The notes under the pieces: model-generated
What the model saw: the letters and a program-made list of their open reading frames with translations, nothing else
What the model was told of the DNA's origin: nothing
The model's database searches: none
From: the human T2T-CHM13v2.0 reference genome, Homo sapiens
Reading direction: 5' to 3' (one strand)
Length of the DNA: 64,000 nt
NCBI RefSeq assembly: GCF_009914755.1
Contig: NC_060926.1
In this document: piece after piece, positions 37,480 through 49,640 of the stretch
Position numbering within the stretch: the stretch's first letter is position 1
Layout of the letters: each line of letters starts with the position of its first letter
Program-made: the position numbers and the translations under genes

Positions 37480-38965
37480 TGTGTGTTTCTTTTATTTCTC
37501 TTTTAGCAACTGGTACTCTTTTTCTTTTTCTTCTATTGACCTATTGTAACGGGTAAAACCACAAATATGCTATTTATTAGAAATGGGGAGAATGGACACC
37601 TTGCCTTATTCCCTATCTTAAAGGAAAAACATTCAGCGTTCATCATTAAGTAAAATGTCACCGTATGTACTTTAGAGATGCTTTTTTTTGGTTGATGAAT
37701 TTCCCTCTTCTTAGTTTAATGAGATTTTTATCAGGAGTGGATGTTGAATATGGTGAAATGTGTTTCTTATCTATTGTGGTAATAGTGTTTTATTTTTAGT
37801 CTATTTTTATGGTAAGTTACATATTGATTCTGTAATTTGAAATAACCTTACATTCTAGAGATAAATCCCCTTTGGTCACAATGTATCATCTTTTTATGTA
37901 TTACTAGATTCAATTTGCTGTATTTTGTCAGTGGGCATTTGCTTCTACATTCATGTTGGATATTGGTTAGTTTCTCTTCATGTTGTGCCTTTGCCTGTTT
38001 TGGCGTCAGGGCATTGGTGTAATCCTGGCCTGTCAATACGAATTAGAAAGTGTCTTTTTGTGCCGGGCACGGTGGCTCACGCTTGTAATCCCAGCACTTT
38101 GGGAGGCCAAGGCAGACAGATCACCTGAGGTCAGGAGATTGAGACCAGCCTGGCCAACATGGTGAAACCCCATCTCTACTAAAAATACAAAAATTAGCCA
38201 GGCATAGTGGCAGGCACCTGTAATCGCAGTTACTCAGGAGAGGCAGGAGAATTGCTTGAACCCAGGAGACGGAGGTTGCTGTGAGCCGAGATTGTGCCAC
38301 TGCAATCCAGCTTGGGCAACAGAGCGAGACTCTGTCTCAAAATTAAAAAAAAAAAAGTGTCTTTTTATAGTTCCACAGATTTCCTTTAGTATTTGTATTA
38401 TTTCTTGCATAAAATTCATGCAGAATGCATTTGAGCCTGGAATTTTATTTCAAGCGTTTTTTTTTTAACTATAAATTCAGCTTCTATGATAAGGGCTTAT
38501 TCACATTATTCATTCTTGAATGAATTTTGATAGTGTCTGTCTTTCAGGAACTTTGTCCTAAGTAATGAAATCCTTTGATAAAAAGTTGTTTGCAATATTT
38601 CTTATGTGTTTAAAGTCTATAGGTTCTGTGGTGATGCCCCCCTTTTCCATTTGTAATACTCTTAATTTAGGTCTTTTCTGTCTGTTTTTTAAAAATAAAT
38701 CAGTCTCCCAGTTAATTATCAATTTTTAGTGTTCTTTTCAAAGGATACATTTTAAATCTCATTTATTTTTTATTTTGGCCTTTTTGAAGTTCATTGATTT
38801 TTGTGCTTATTATTTTCTCAGTGCTTGCTTTTGGACTTATTTTGGTTGTGTTTTTCCTGATTCTTAAGGTGGAGTCTTATGTTTCTGATCTGGGGTATTT
38901 CTTGCCTTTTATTGCCAGTGTTTACCACCATGTATTACCTATAGAGTGGTGCTTTAATCCCTTCC
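37480..38965 (-). mobile_element. Old L1M ORF2 fragment
   Basis: Degenerate antisense L1 (ggacaccttgccttattcc..aaaggaaaaacattcagc; ggatgttgaat). Confidence 0.75.
38061..38356 (+). mobile_element. AluSx with TSD
   Basis: TSD AAAGTGTCTTTTT at 38047-38059 and 38354-38366. Confidence 0.95.
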
Positions 38966-38974
38966 CATAAGTTC

Positions 38975-41900
38975 TTATGTCTTCTTTTTGGAAGTGTCTG
39001 TTCATGTCCTTTAACCATTTTTTAATGGGATTATTTCTTTTTTGCTTATTGATCTGTTGAAGTTACTTATGGATTGTGGTATTAGATCTTTGCTAGATAC
39101 ATAGTTTTCAAATATTTCCTTTCATCCTGTAGGTTGTCTTTTTACTCTATTGATAAGTTTATTTTGCTATGCAGAAACTCTTTAGTTTAATTAGGTCCTA
39201 TTTGTCAATGTTTGGTTTTGTTCCAATTGCTTTTGGAGTCTTTGTTACGAAGTCTTTGCCACTCCCTATGTCCAGAGTGTCTCGGGTTTCCTTCTAGAGT
39301 TTTTATAGTTTTAGGTTTTACATCTAAGTCTTTAATGCATTTTGAGTTGATTTTAGTATATGGTGAAAGGAGGGGTCCAGTTTCAATCTTCTCCATATGG
39401 CAAGTCAGTTATCACCAGCTCCATTTATTGAATTGGAGGGTCCTTCCCACACTGATGGTTTATGTTGCCTTTGTCAAAGATTAGATGATTTCAGGTGTGT
39501 GGCTTTATTTCTGGGCTTGCTACTCGGTTCCATTGGCCTGTGTTTGTTTTTGTATCTATACCATGCTGTTTTGGCCACTGTAGCTTTGTAGTATAGTTTG
39601 AAGTTGGGTAATGTGCCTCCAGCTTTGTTCCTTTTGCTGAGGATTGCTTTGGCTATTCAAGCTCTTTTTTTGTTCCATATGAATTTTATAATAGTTTTTT
39701 TTTTCTAATTCTGTGAAGAATGTCCTTGGTTGTTTGAAAGAAATAGCATTGAATCTGTAAATTACTTTGGACAGTACATTTTAACACTATTGATTCTTCT
39801 TATCCATGAGCATGGAATGTTTTTCTGTTTGTTTGTGTCATCTCTGATTTCTTTCAACAGTGTTATCTAATTCTTATTATAGAGATATTTCACCTCCCTG
39901 CTTAGCTGTGCTTCTAGATATTTTATTTTTGTGTGTGATTATGGTGAACAGGATTGCTTCTTGATTTGGCACTTGCTTTGGAAGTTATTGGTGTTTAGAA
40001 ATGCTACTGAGTTTTGTATATTCATTTTATATCCTGAAACTTTGCTGAAGTTGTTTATCAGATCTAGGAGCTTTTGGGCAGAGACTGTAAGGTTTTCTAG
40101 GTGTAGAATCATATTGTCTGCAAACAGAGATAATTCAACTTTCACTCTTCCTATTTGTATGCCTTTTAATTCTGTCTCTTGCCTAATTGCTCTGGCTAGG
40201 AATTTCCAATACTGTGTTGAATAGGAGTGGTGAGAGTGGGCATCCCTGTCTGCTTCTGGTTCTCCAGGGGAACTTCCAGCTTTTGTCCATTCAGTATGAT
40301 GTTGACTGTGGGTTTGTCATAGGCAGCTCTTACTATTTTGAGGAATATACCTTCATTGCCTAGTTTGCGGAGGGCTTTTAATATGAAGGGATGTTGAATT
40401 TTATCAAAAGCCTTTTCTGCATCTATTGAGATGATCATGTGGTTTTGGTTTTTAATTACATTTATGTGATGAATTACATTTATTTGTTTTGTATGTTGAA
40501 CCAACCTTGCATCCCAGGGATAAAGCCTACCTAATTGTGTGGATAAGCTTTTTGATATGCTGCTGGATTCAGTTTGTTAATATTTGAGGATTTTTTTTAA
40601 TTATTTAAGTTGTAGGGTACATGTGCACAATGTGCAGGTTAGTTACATATGTATACATGTGCCATGCTGGTGCGCTGCACCCACTAACTCATCATCTAGC
40701 ATTAGGTATATCTCCCAATGCTATCCCTCCCCCTTCCCCCCACCCCACAACAGTCCCCAGAGTATGATGTTCCCCTTCCTGTGTCCATGTGTTCTCATTG
40801 TTCAATTCCCACCTATTAGTGAGAATATGCGGTGTTTGGTTTTTTGTTCTTGCGATAGTTTACTGAGAATGATGATTTCCAATTTCATCCATGTCCCTAC
40901 AAAGGACATGAACTCATCATTTTTTATGGCTGCATAGTATTCCATGGTGTATATGTGCCACATTTTCTTAATCCAGTCTATCATTGTTGGACATTTGGGT
41001 TGGTTCCAAGTCTTTGCTATTGTGAATAATGCCACAATAAACATACGTGTGCATGTGTCTTTATAGCAGCATGATTTATAGTCCTTTGGGTATATACCCA
41101 GTAATGGGATGGCTGGGTCAAATGGTATTTCTAGTTCTAGATCCCTGAGGAATCGCCATGAACAGACACTTCTCAAAAGAAGACATTTATGCAGCCAAAA
41201 AACACATGAAAAAATGCTCACCATCACTGGCCATCAGAGAAATGCAAATCAAAACCACAGTGAGATATCATCTCACACCAGTTAGAATGGCAATCATTAA
41301 AAAGTCAGGAAACAACAGGCGCTGGAGAGGATGTGGAGAAATAGGAACACTTTTACACTGTTGGTGGGATTGTTTGAGGACTTTTGCATGTATGTTCATC
41401 AAGGAGATTGGCCTGAAGTTTCCTTTTTTTGGTTATGTCTGTTGGTATTGGAATGATGCTGGCTTCCTAGAATGAGTTATGGAGGAATCCTTCTTCTTCA
41501 ATGTTTTGGAATAGTTTCATTAGGAATGATACCAGCTTTTCTTGACTTGTCTGTGAATTTGGTTGTGAATTTGTCTGGTCCTGGGGATTTTCTGGTTGAT
41601 AGGCTTTTATTGTTTGTTTGTTTTTTTTATCACTGGTTTAATTTTGGAACTTGTTATGTTACTGGTCTGTTCAGCATTTGAATTTCTTACTGGTTCTCCC
41701 TTGGAAAGTTGTATGTTTCTAGGAATTTATTCATTTCTTTTAGGTTTTTTAGTTTGTGTTCATAGAGGTGTTCATAATAGTCTCTTTTTTTGTATTTCTG
41801 TGGGGTCAGTGGTAATGTCTTTTTTGTCATTTCTGATTGTTTTTATTTAGATCTTTTCCCTTTTTTTAAATTAGTCTGGCTAGCAGTATATCCATCTTAT

Positions 41901-42821
41901 TTATTTTTTTAAAGAGCAAATTTGTGGTTTTGCTAATCTTTTGTATGTTTTTTCATGTGTGTTTCCATTGCATTCAGTTCAACTCTAATTTTGTTTCTTT
42001 TCTTCTGCTAGCTTTGGGGTTAGTTTCCTCCTTTTTTTTTTTTCTCATTCCTTAAGATATGATGTTAGGTTGTTAATTGGAGGTCTTTTTTAACTTTTTG
42101 ATATGGGTGTTCAGCACTATAAACTTTTGTCTTAATACTGCTTTAGGTGTGTTCCAGAGATTCTGGTATGTTGTATCTTTGTTCTCATTAGTTTCAAATA
42201 ATTTTTTATTTCTGCCTTACTTTCTTTGTTTACTTAGAAGACATTCAGGAGCAGGTTGTTTAATTTCCATGTATAGTTTTGAGTGATTTTCTTGTTATTG
42301 ATTTCTGTTTTTATTGTGGTCAAAGAATGTGGTTGATATTCTTTTTTAATTTGCTGAGAATTGTTTTATGGTCTATTGTGTGGTTGATTTTAGAGTTTCT
42401 AATATGTGCAGATGAGAATAATGTATATTCTGTTGTTTGGGGGTATAGAGCTCTGTAGATATCTATTAGGTTTATTTGGTCAAATACTAAGTTCTGGTCC
42501 CAAATGTCTCTCTAGTTTTCGGCCTTCATGCTCTTTCTAATACTACCAGTGTGGTGTTAAAGTCTCCCACTCTTACTGTACTTAGTCTCCTCATAAGTTT
42601 CTAAGTACGTGTTTTATGAATCTGGGTGCTCCTGTGTTGAGTCCATACACATTTAGCATAGTTAAGTCTCCTTGTTGTGAACCCTTTACCATTGTATGAG
42701 GTCCTTCTTTGTCTTCTTTGATTGTCGTTGGTTTAAATTCTGTTTTGTCCGAAATTAGAGTAGTAACTCCTGCTTTTTTTTACACATCTAACAAGCAAAC
42801 AGAAAAAACAGCAGGAGTTAC
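38975..42821 (-). mobile_element. L1PB/old L1PA ORF2 segment (endonuclease through RT), hosting a nested young L1
   Basis: Minus-strand ORF fragments [29 protein letters not shown] and [13 protein letters not shown]. Confidence 0.92.
40591..41373 (-). mobile_element. L1PA3-like 5'-truncated insertion with 5' inversion (twin priming)
   Basis: 40591-41158 is antisense 3'UTR plus ORF2 C-terminus; 41157-41373 is sense ORF2; TSD TTTGAGGAYTTTT. Confidence 0.93.
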
Positions 42822-42861
42822 AGATGATGTGTTATAATATACATCTTCCACTTGACACTAT

Positions 42862-43269
42862 TGATACAGTTTGGATCTGTGTCCCCACCCAAATCTCATG
42901 TCGGATCATCATCATAATATTGGAGGTGGAGCCTGGTGGGAAGTGATTGGATCGTGGGTGTGGATTTCTCATGGATGGTTTGGCACCATCCCCTTGGTAC
43001 TGTCCTCCTGATAGTGAGTGAGTTCTCATGAGATCTGGTTGTGTAACAGTGTGTAGCACCCCCACCCCTTTACTCTTGCTCCCACCATATATGACCTCTT
43101 GCTCCCACTTTGTCTTCCACCATGATTGGAAGCTCCCTGAGGCCTCCCCAGAAGCAGAAGCCACTATGCTTCCTGTACAGCCTGCAGAACTGTGAGCCAA
43201 TTAAACCTCTTTTCTTTATAAATTACTCAGTCTCAGGTATTTATAGCAATTTGAGAACAGACTAATACA
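42862..43269 (+). mobile_element. MSTA/MSTB (MaLR) solo LTR
   Basis: tgatacagtttggatctgtgtccccacccaaatctc...gactaataca; 5-bp near-TSD ACTAT/AGTAT. Confidence 0.93.
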
Positions 43270-43279
43270 AGTATCTACT

Positions 43280-44350
43280 ACTATGTGACAGTATACCATT
43301 TTAGTGTCTTGTAACATTTACATATATTTCTTACCTCTCATATTTTGCTCTAGTTAGCATATGTTTTGCTTCCATGTTTTTAGGAAACTCTAGTACATTC
43401 TTTGTTTGATTTCAATGATCAGTAATTCTTATAGCAAATTAAAAACAATCCTCTTTTTGATATACTGTCCTTTATCCCTTTATTTAATCCGTATTTCTGT
43501 CTGACATCACAGTTCTTCCTGGAGAACATCCTTTAGCATTTCTTGTGATGCTGATCTGTTGCCAGTGAATTCTCTCAGCTTTTGTTGTTCTGAAGGCATA
43601 TTTAGGTAAATTTCCCTACATTTTATGAAAGTTATTTTTGCTGAGTATGGATTTCTGGATTGAAAGTTTTTTCAGTGTTTTTTGTTTCAACTACTTTCAG
43701 GGAGTTTTCTTTACCTTTGGCTTTCTGGAGTTGAGTGTAAGGTTGAGGTTTTGTTTTGTTTTGTTGAGTTTTTGCCATTGAGGGACGGGCGTATTAACCT
43801 GTTTGGGATTCTCTGGGCTTCTTGGGGGTGTGTGTGTATATACATGTATATATATATATTTTTTTTTTACTTGGATATAGTTGTTTTTTACTAATTTTGG
43901 AACTCTTTATTATTAACTCTTTGAACATGCCTCTGCCTTTTTCTTTTTCTCCTCTCTTTCTAGAACTGTAACTGCCTGTTACTGAGTTTCTGATTTTCCC
44001 ACAGCTCTGATATGTTCTTTCTGTTCTTCCTTTTTCATTTTTGTTGTGTTTCAGTTTTTATACCTTATTTTGATTTGTCCTCAGGTGTCTTTATTCTTTC
44101 CTCCGCTGTGTCCAGTTGTCTAGCAAGCCCCATGGAAGGGATTCATGCTGATGCTCTGTATTGCTTTCATTCATTTAGTTTTGTCTTTTAAATGTCTAGG
44201 TTTTCAGCTTTTTTTGCTCAGATTTTCCATCTGTCCATGTGTTTCATTAAACTCGTCTCTTACACACTTGAACATCCAAATCTCAGTCATTTTGAAATTT
44301 CTGTCTGGTATCTCAGGACCAGTGTTATCCCTGGGCCTGTCTCTGTGATG
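43280..44350 (-). mobile_element. Old L1M fragments
   Basis: ctttagcatttcttgt..ctgttgccagtgaattctctcagcttttg..ttttgctgagtatggatttctgg. Confidence 0.65.
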
Positions 44351-45344
44351 GCTTCATTTCCTGAAAATGGATTTATTTATTTATGGTTATTTTTGGTTTT
44401 TTTAGCTTATAAAACTAAGAAAGAAGGAAGTGGTGGCCTCTTCTTTGGCCGGATGTTACCGAGAGTGTTGAGTTGAGCTGGGTGGTTGATCTTCGTTGCT
44501 GTCATCCCCTTAGAAGTCACCTTCAGAGACCACAAGCCTCACATCCTCCGAGGTGGGCTGCTCCTTCTGTGGGCTCATGAGCCATGGTGCTGGAGAGCTT
44601 TGCCCCATGTTCATGCTCCACATGGTGTAGCAGGACCCCAAGCCTGGGGGCAGAAGGACAGGGCCTCCCCACGAGTGTTCCCCCACAGGAAGCTGCACCC
44701 GTTACCTGGCCGTGGTAAGGCACTGCTTGGTTTTCCTGATCCTGCCTCTTTTCCAGGCAGCCCTGTCAGTTTGACCCTGGGGTGAGCGTTAGGGCATCAG
44801 TGCATAAGTGACCCCTGCATGCAGGAGCTGGACACTGGTTTCCTTGGGTGTCCTCCCTGCCTCAGTCTTTGCTGGACCTGTCGAGGCTGCTGGTGAGGGA
44901 GGGAGATTTTCTGAATCATTCATGAAGCTCTAGGTTTTCAAAGGTGTCTTATCAGCTGAAGTTTCTAAAATGTTGCTGGCTTCCTCCCAGCTTGTTTTTT
45001 GGCAGCATTTCCTACTCTGGAGCTCTGCCAATCGTGAAGTCTTTCAATCTTGTCTCCATTCAGAGGGACTTTTTACTCTCTGGAATGTAGTTCACTTTGT
45101 TGCCTTGAAGCCATAGTTCTGGTGGGTTCAAGTTAATTTGTGCTTTTACACTCTCTGACATTCTCTGTGGTTAGGGTAGACACTATGCCTTCTCATGGCT
45201 TTATGTATTCTACATATATACCCCAAACTAAACAAAAAATAAAATCTCATCTATCCTAATTTTCTGCCCTTGTATTTTATTAATTCTGCACATTAGGTCA
45301 TTTGAAACAGAGAGTGCATGAAGAAGGTGAAACATACACATGGA

Positions 45345-45765
45345 TATCACACACACACTTGCACTCACTCACACCCAGGAGCAAACAACATGCGCTTGCA
45401 CCCACTCACACCCATGAACAAACCACACCACACACTTGCACTAACACCCGTGAGCAATAACACCACACCCTTCCACTCACACTTGGAAGCAAACACCATG
45501 TGCTTGCACTCACACCCCTGAGCAAACACCACACGCTTGGACTCACACCTGTGAGCAAACACCACATGCTTGCACTCACACCCATGAGCAAACACCACAC
45601 GCTTGGACTCACACCTGTGAGCAAACACTATACATTTGCACTTACACCCATGAGCAAACACCACACGCTTGGACTCACACCTGTGAGCAAACAACACGTG
45701 CTTGCACTCACACTTGTGAGCAAACCACACCACACACTTGGACCCACTCACATCCATGAGCAAAC
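45345..45765. repeat. CA-rich VNTR, ~33-bp unit with 66-bp dimer, ~12 monomers
   Basis: GAGCAAACACCACACGCTTGGACTCACACCTGT alternating with GAGCAAACACCACATGCTTGCACTCACACCCAT. Confidence 0.92.
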
Positions 45766-46177
45766 AGCAACAGTTCCCCTGTGACTCTTAGGAGATTTGC
45801 AGGAGAAAGTCTCTGGGGCAAGGAGTATTGAGTACATTGACATCTACTATATAATAAGCTCTAAAGATTAATTAAGGAATAAGCCAAGAAAATACAAACC
45901 CAAAACAGAACCCTCTACATACCTACCCACCCATCCGCCTACACCACATACAGCTTAATGTTTGACAAAAAAATGCCTACTGTGTTTTAAACAAAAAAAT
46001 CTAAGCATAATTGAAGACTGGAATTAATTGTGTGTTCATCCTGAATGTATTTAGTAAATTGTGAGTTTAGCTATGTAACTTTTTAAATAAATGTGTTGAT
46101 AACAAAAGCTATTGATATATGTCCATATAGCTATTATTACTGTGTTTATTCCCCAAGATCTCTTTCAAGATGTTACT

Positions 46178-47650
46178 TTACCAGACAGTAACCTTTATTA
46201 ATGTGTTATGAAAATCTTCTGATACTGGACAAATAAGCCAAAACAAGAAGAGTACAATGGCTTCTTAGATAATATTGCACATAAGACAACATCAGGACAG
46301 TCTGTTGTCTCTTGGTTACGTATAATTATGGCGCATAGTGCCTGCCAGTGATAGGAACAGGGTCTCCCACAACTGCTCTTTTCTTCAGAGAAGAGAAACC
46401 TGTGGCTTAGAATGCATTTGAAGAGTTGGATGAAATGTATTTGAAGGATACAAGGCGATGAATCTGGAGTTTGTGGTGTGCTTATCAACAGAATAATTAG
46501 AAGCAATTCATATTCAAGGTAAATAGAAAAATTATGGATCTTTTGAAGTGGAAAGTTCTATCAATTCTGTAAAATTTTATCATGAAATAACATTTGTGTT
46601 TGAGTGGTATTTTGAGTTGTGAAGGTTTGAAGCTGGGGAGGAAGAGAAACACGAGCCAGCACGCTGTGACATATCGATGTTGTGATGAGCTTGAGTGGTT
46701 CTCTATGTGTACATTGCCTTTGGAATGATTGAGAGGTGGAGTCCAAGGCCTTGTTAGTAAATGTGGAAGCCAGCAATTGTTCTTGCTTCCCCTGCTCCGT
46801 CCCCACCTCCCTGTCCTTGTTTCTTCTTTCCTCCTTTATCAGCCTGAGCTCTTCTCCGAGTTTTGCCTGAGAGCAGAAGCATGACAGTGCTCCGGTGTGC
46901 ACGGGGGCTCTGGTGCTCTTCAAGGTTTGCTTAAAGCTAAAATAGCGCATCTTCTATCACCCATTTCGGAACACATCAGTGATGAGTGTTGTTCAGTAAT
47001 GTCATCCCTACACATTTACAATCCTGGTGGCACCTGCTGTCCACTCCCCAGCCCTGTCCTCTGCCCCTCTGAGCTCCTCTTCTGAGCAGATGAGCAGGTC
47101 TGTGCAACCCCCACTCAAGAACCCCCATCCGTCTCCCTCCCTGCCTTACTGCTTCCACTCCTGCCACACCCCCTCCCCCATCTTCCAGATTTGCTCAGTT
47201 TACCCAGCAGCTCTCTAGAGGCAGCCTCAGCCAAGGCGAGTGGAGGCCATGGGGAGCACCAGGCTGCTGGTCTGCTGGTGGGTAAGGCCAAGGGTCTTGT
47301 GGGATTTCTCAAGGATTGGAGGTGGCAGCCCCACCTGGCAGACACCATCGTATACGCCTGCTCTCTGCACGGCCTTCCTAGCTTCCTCCTGCCACCATTC
47401 ACTGTTAATGTAGGTGATCCAGGAAGCCGCAGGTTCTTCTCTGAAGAAAAGAGCAGTTGTGGGAGAGCCTGTTCCTATCACTGACAGGCAGTACACGCTG
47501 TAAGTATATATAATCCAGAGACAACGGATTGTCCTAGTTTTATTTTATGTGCAATATTATGTAAGAAACCATTGTACTTTTCTTGTTATGGCTTATTTGC
47601 CCTGCGTTAGAAGATTTTCAAACATGTTAGTAAAGGTGCCTGCCTGGTAA
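46178..47650. repeat. Diverged inverted repeat: arms 46178-46408 and 47424-47650, ~1.0-kb spacer
   Basis: Manual alignment: reverse complement of the left arm matches the right arm end to end; FSEEKSSCGR appears in ORFs on opposite strands. Confidence 0.93.
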
Positions 47651-49499
47651 TGTCTGTGAAGGTGGTCCAGGGAGCAGCGTGAATGGTGGCAGGAGGCCCC
47701 TGTGCCCACGGCCTGCTTTGAGTCTGCTGTGGGAAAGTTCGCCGGATTTAACTGATTCCCCATTATCTCTTAAGCTCCTTCTTCACCACCCAATCCTCTG
47801 CCTCACCTTCCCCTGACCTGCTGCCTCCACCCTGTTTTAAGGCACCGTATCCTGCACTTGCACTATTTAATAAAATAGCCGACAGCTTCCCTCCCACTTG
47901 GGAACCTTTCCCATCTCTGTCGCTCAATGGTCCATCTTGCCTGTGAGTCGTAAGTCAGGTCTCATCCCCTTGGTGGTTTAAACTCATCGACAGCTACTCA
48001 TTGCTTCTAGGATGGGATCAGAGCCTCACTGTGCCTCACCTTAACTAGACCTTACCGAGATCAGGACCTGCCTGCGTTGCCAACGTCACGGCCATGTGGT
48101 TCTTCCATAACCTCATTTCCGCCCTCCACAATCTCCGCTCTGTTTTCTGAGGATGGCAGAGCCTTCCCGCCTCGTGCCACCTACTCCTCTTCAAGTAACT
48201 GATCTCATCTCTTTCATCTCAGCTCACTGGTTTCTGAGAATGGCCTTCTTGGAAGACCTCATGTAAGATCGCTGTCATTATCTGTAACATCAGCCTACGT
48301 ATTGATTTCATGAAGGTTATCAAAATCAGTACTTCTCTTGTATATTTATTCATACTTGTTTCCTTGTTTATTGTGTGTGACCCCATTGAAGCATGGGATG
48401 GAGACATACCCAACATGGGCGAATCCACCCAACTTGATGAGTGATTGCCTCTGGCCAGTGAAGGCGAGAGGGGGCAAAGGTCACAGTGAGGGGCCTGGAG
48501 TGCCCTTGCTGAGCTGGGAGATGCAGCTCGTGGTGCAGGATGATGCGGGAGTGATGGGGAGTTGGGGTGTCTGTTCCCACACTTTATCATAGCTCAGTAT
48601 ACGTGGAAAATAGTGGAGAAAAGTACATTAGTAAAAGTGATTCAGGCATTATTCAACGTTCTTTTTTCCAGAATTAGAAATTATTACTTTTCATTCAAGT
48701 TTAGTTGGTAAATGTCATCTGATATTTTTCAGAGACCAGATCCAAAACTTTAATTATTATCCAACAAGGAACATATCTCAAAAATTAAATAAAAAGGAAT
48801 TTTGGGGGATGCCATAAACTTAAGGAGGTATAAATTTTCCCTGTCTTGTTTTTAATTTTCCGCTTATCAAGTAATAAGATTCAACCTTCTAGGTGGTATT
48901 TCCCCCACGTTTGCTGAAGCCTTCTGCCCCTGTGATTCATGGTAGCCACTCATACAATTTGCTAACCGGGGCTGAAAGCTGTTAGAAATGACTTTTAAAA
49001 TATATATTTTCTGACCTATGAGGATATTTTAATGTGTGCAATAAGCGGATGTCTTATGCACAAAAGGAGTTCTGAAATTCTGAGTACAGGTAAGTCTCGC
49101 AATGAGAAGATGGCTGAGTCTTAGTCTCATGTTCTCACTAATCAAGTGTATGAACCTGGGAAAGTCCCTTAGCTTATTTGGGCTAGAATGTCCTCATCCA
49201 TAAAGTCATTTATAAGGATGAACCTGTTGATAATTTTAAGTCAGATTGCTGAATATTATGTATTCATTTTAAAAAATGAGCACTTGGTGTGTTGCAGGCT
49301 CCCTGCGTTGAGGATTGGATGTGTGTAAATCAAGGCCCTGCTCTTCTTAATCGTAATCTCCTAGGGAGCATTGAAGTGACATTAAATTCAATTTCAATGA
49401 AAGGAAAATGGAAATCAAATGGAAATTGAAATGAAAATCAAATGGAAATTGAAATGAAAATATTACCATGGCCTTGGTGGACAGCTGGTATACTGGCTT

Positions 49500-49640
49500 T
49501 TGGGTTGGGGGGGTATTGACCTGGTTTGTGGTGAAAGCTGATTTCTGTGGTATAAATACATCTATAGTGGCTGCTTCAGGCATCAGTGGTTTCATTACCA
49601 GTTTGCAGCATTCCCCAGTATTTAACAGTGCTCTGCCGTG
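49500..49640. mobile_element. Possible MER63-like hAT fragment
   Basis: gctgatttctgtggtataaatac...tttgcagcattccccagtatttaaca. Confidence 0.4.

Noticed and set aside
49400-49462. GGAAT-like satellite
   Set aside because: Only a 23-bp local duplication of A-rich sequence
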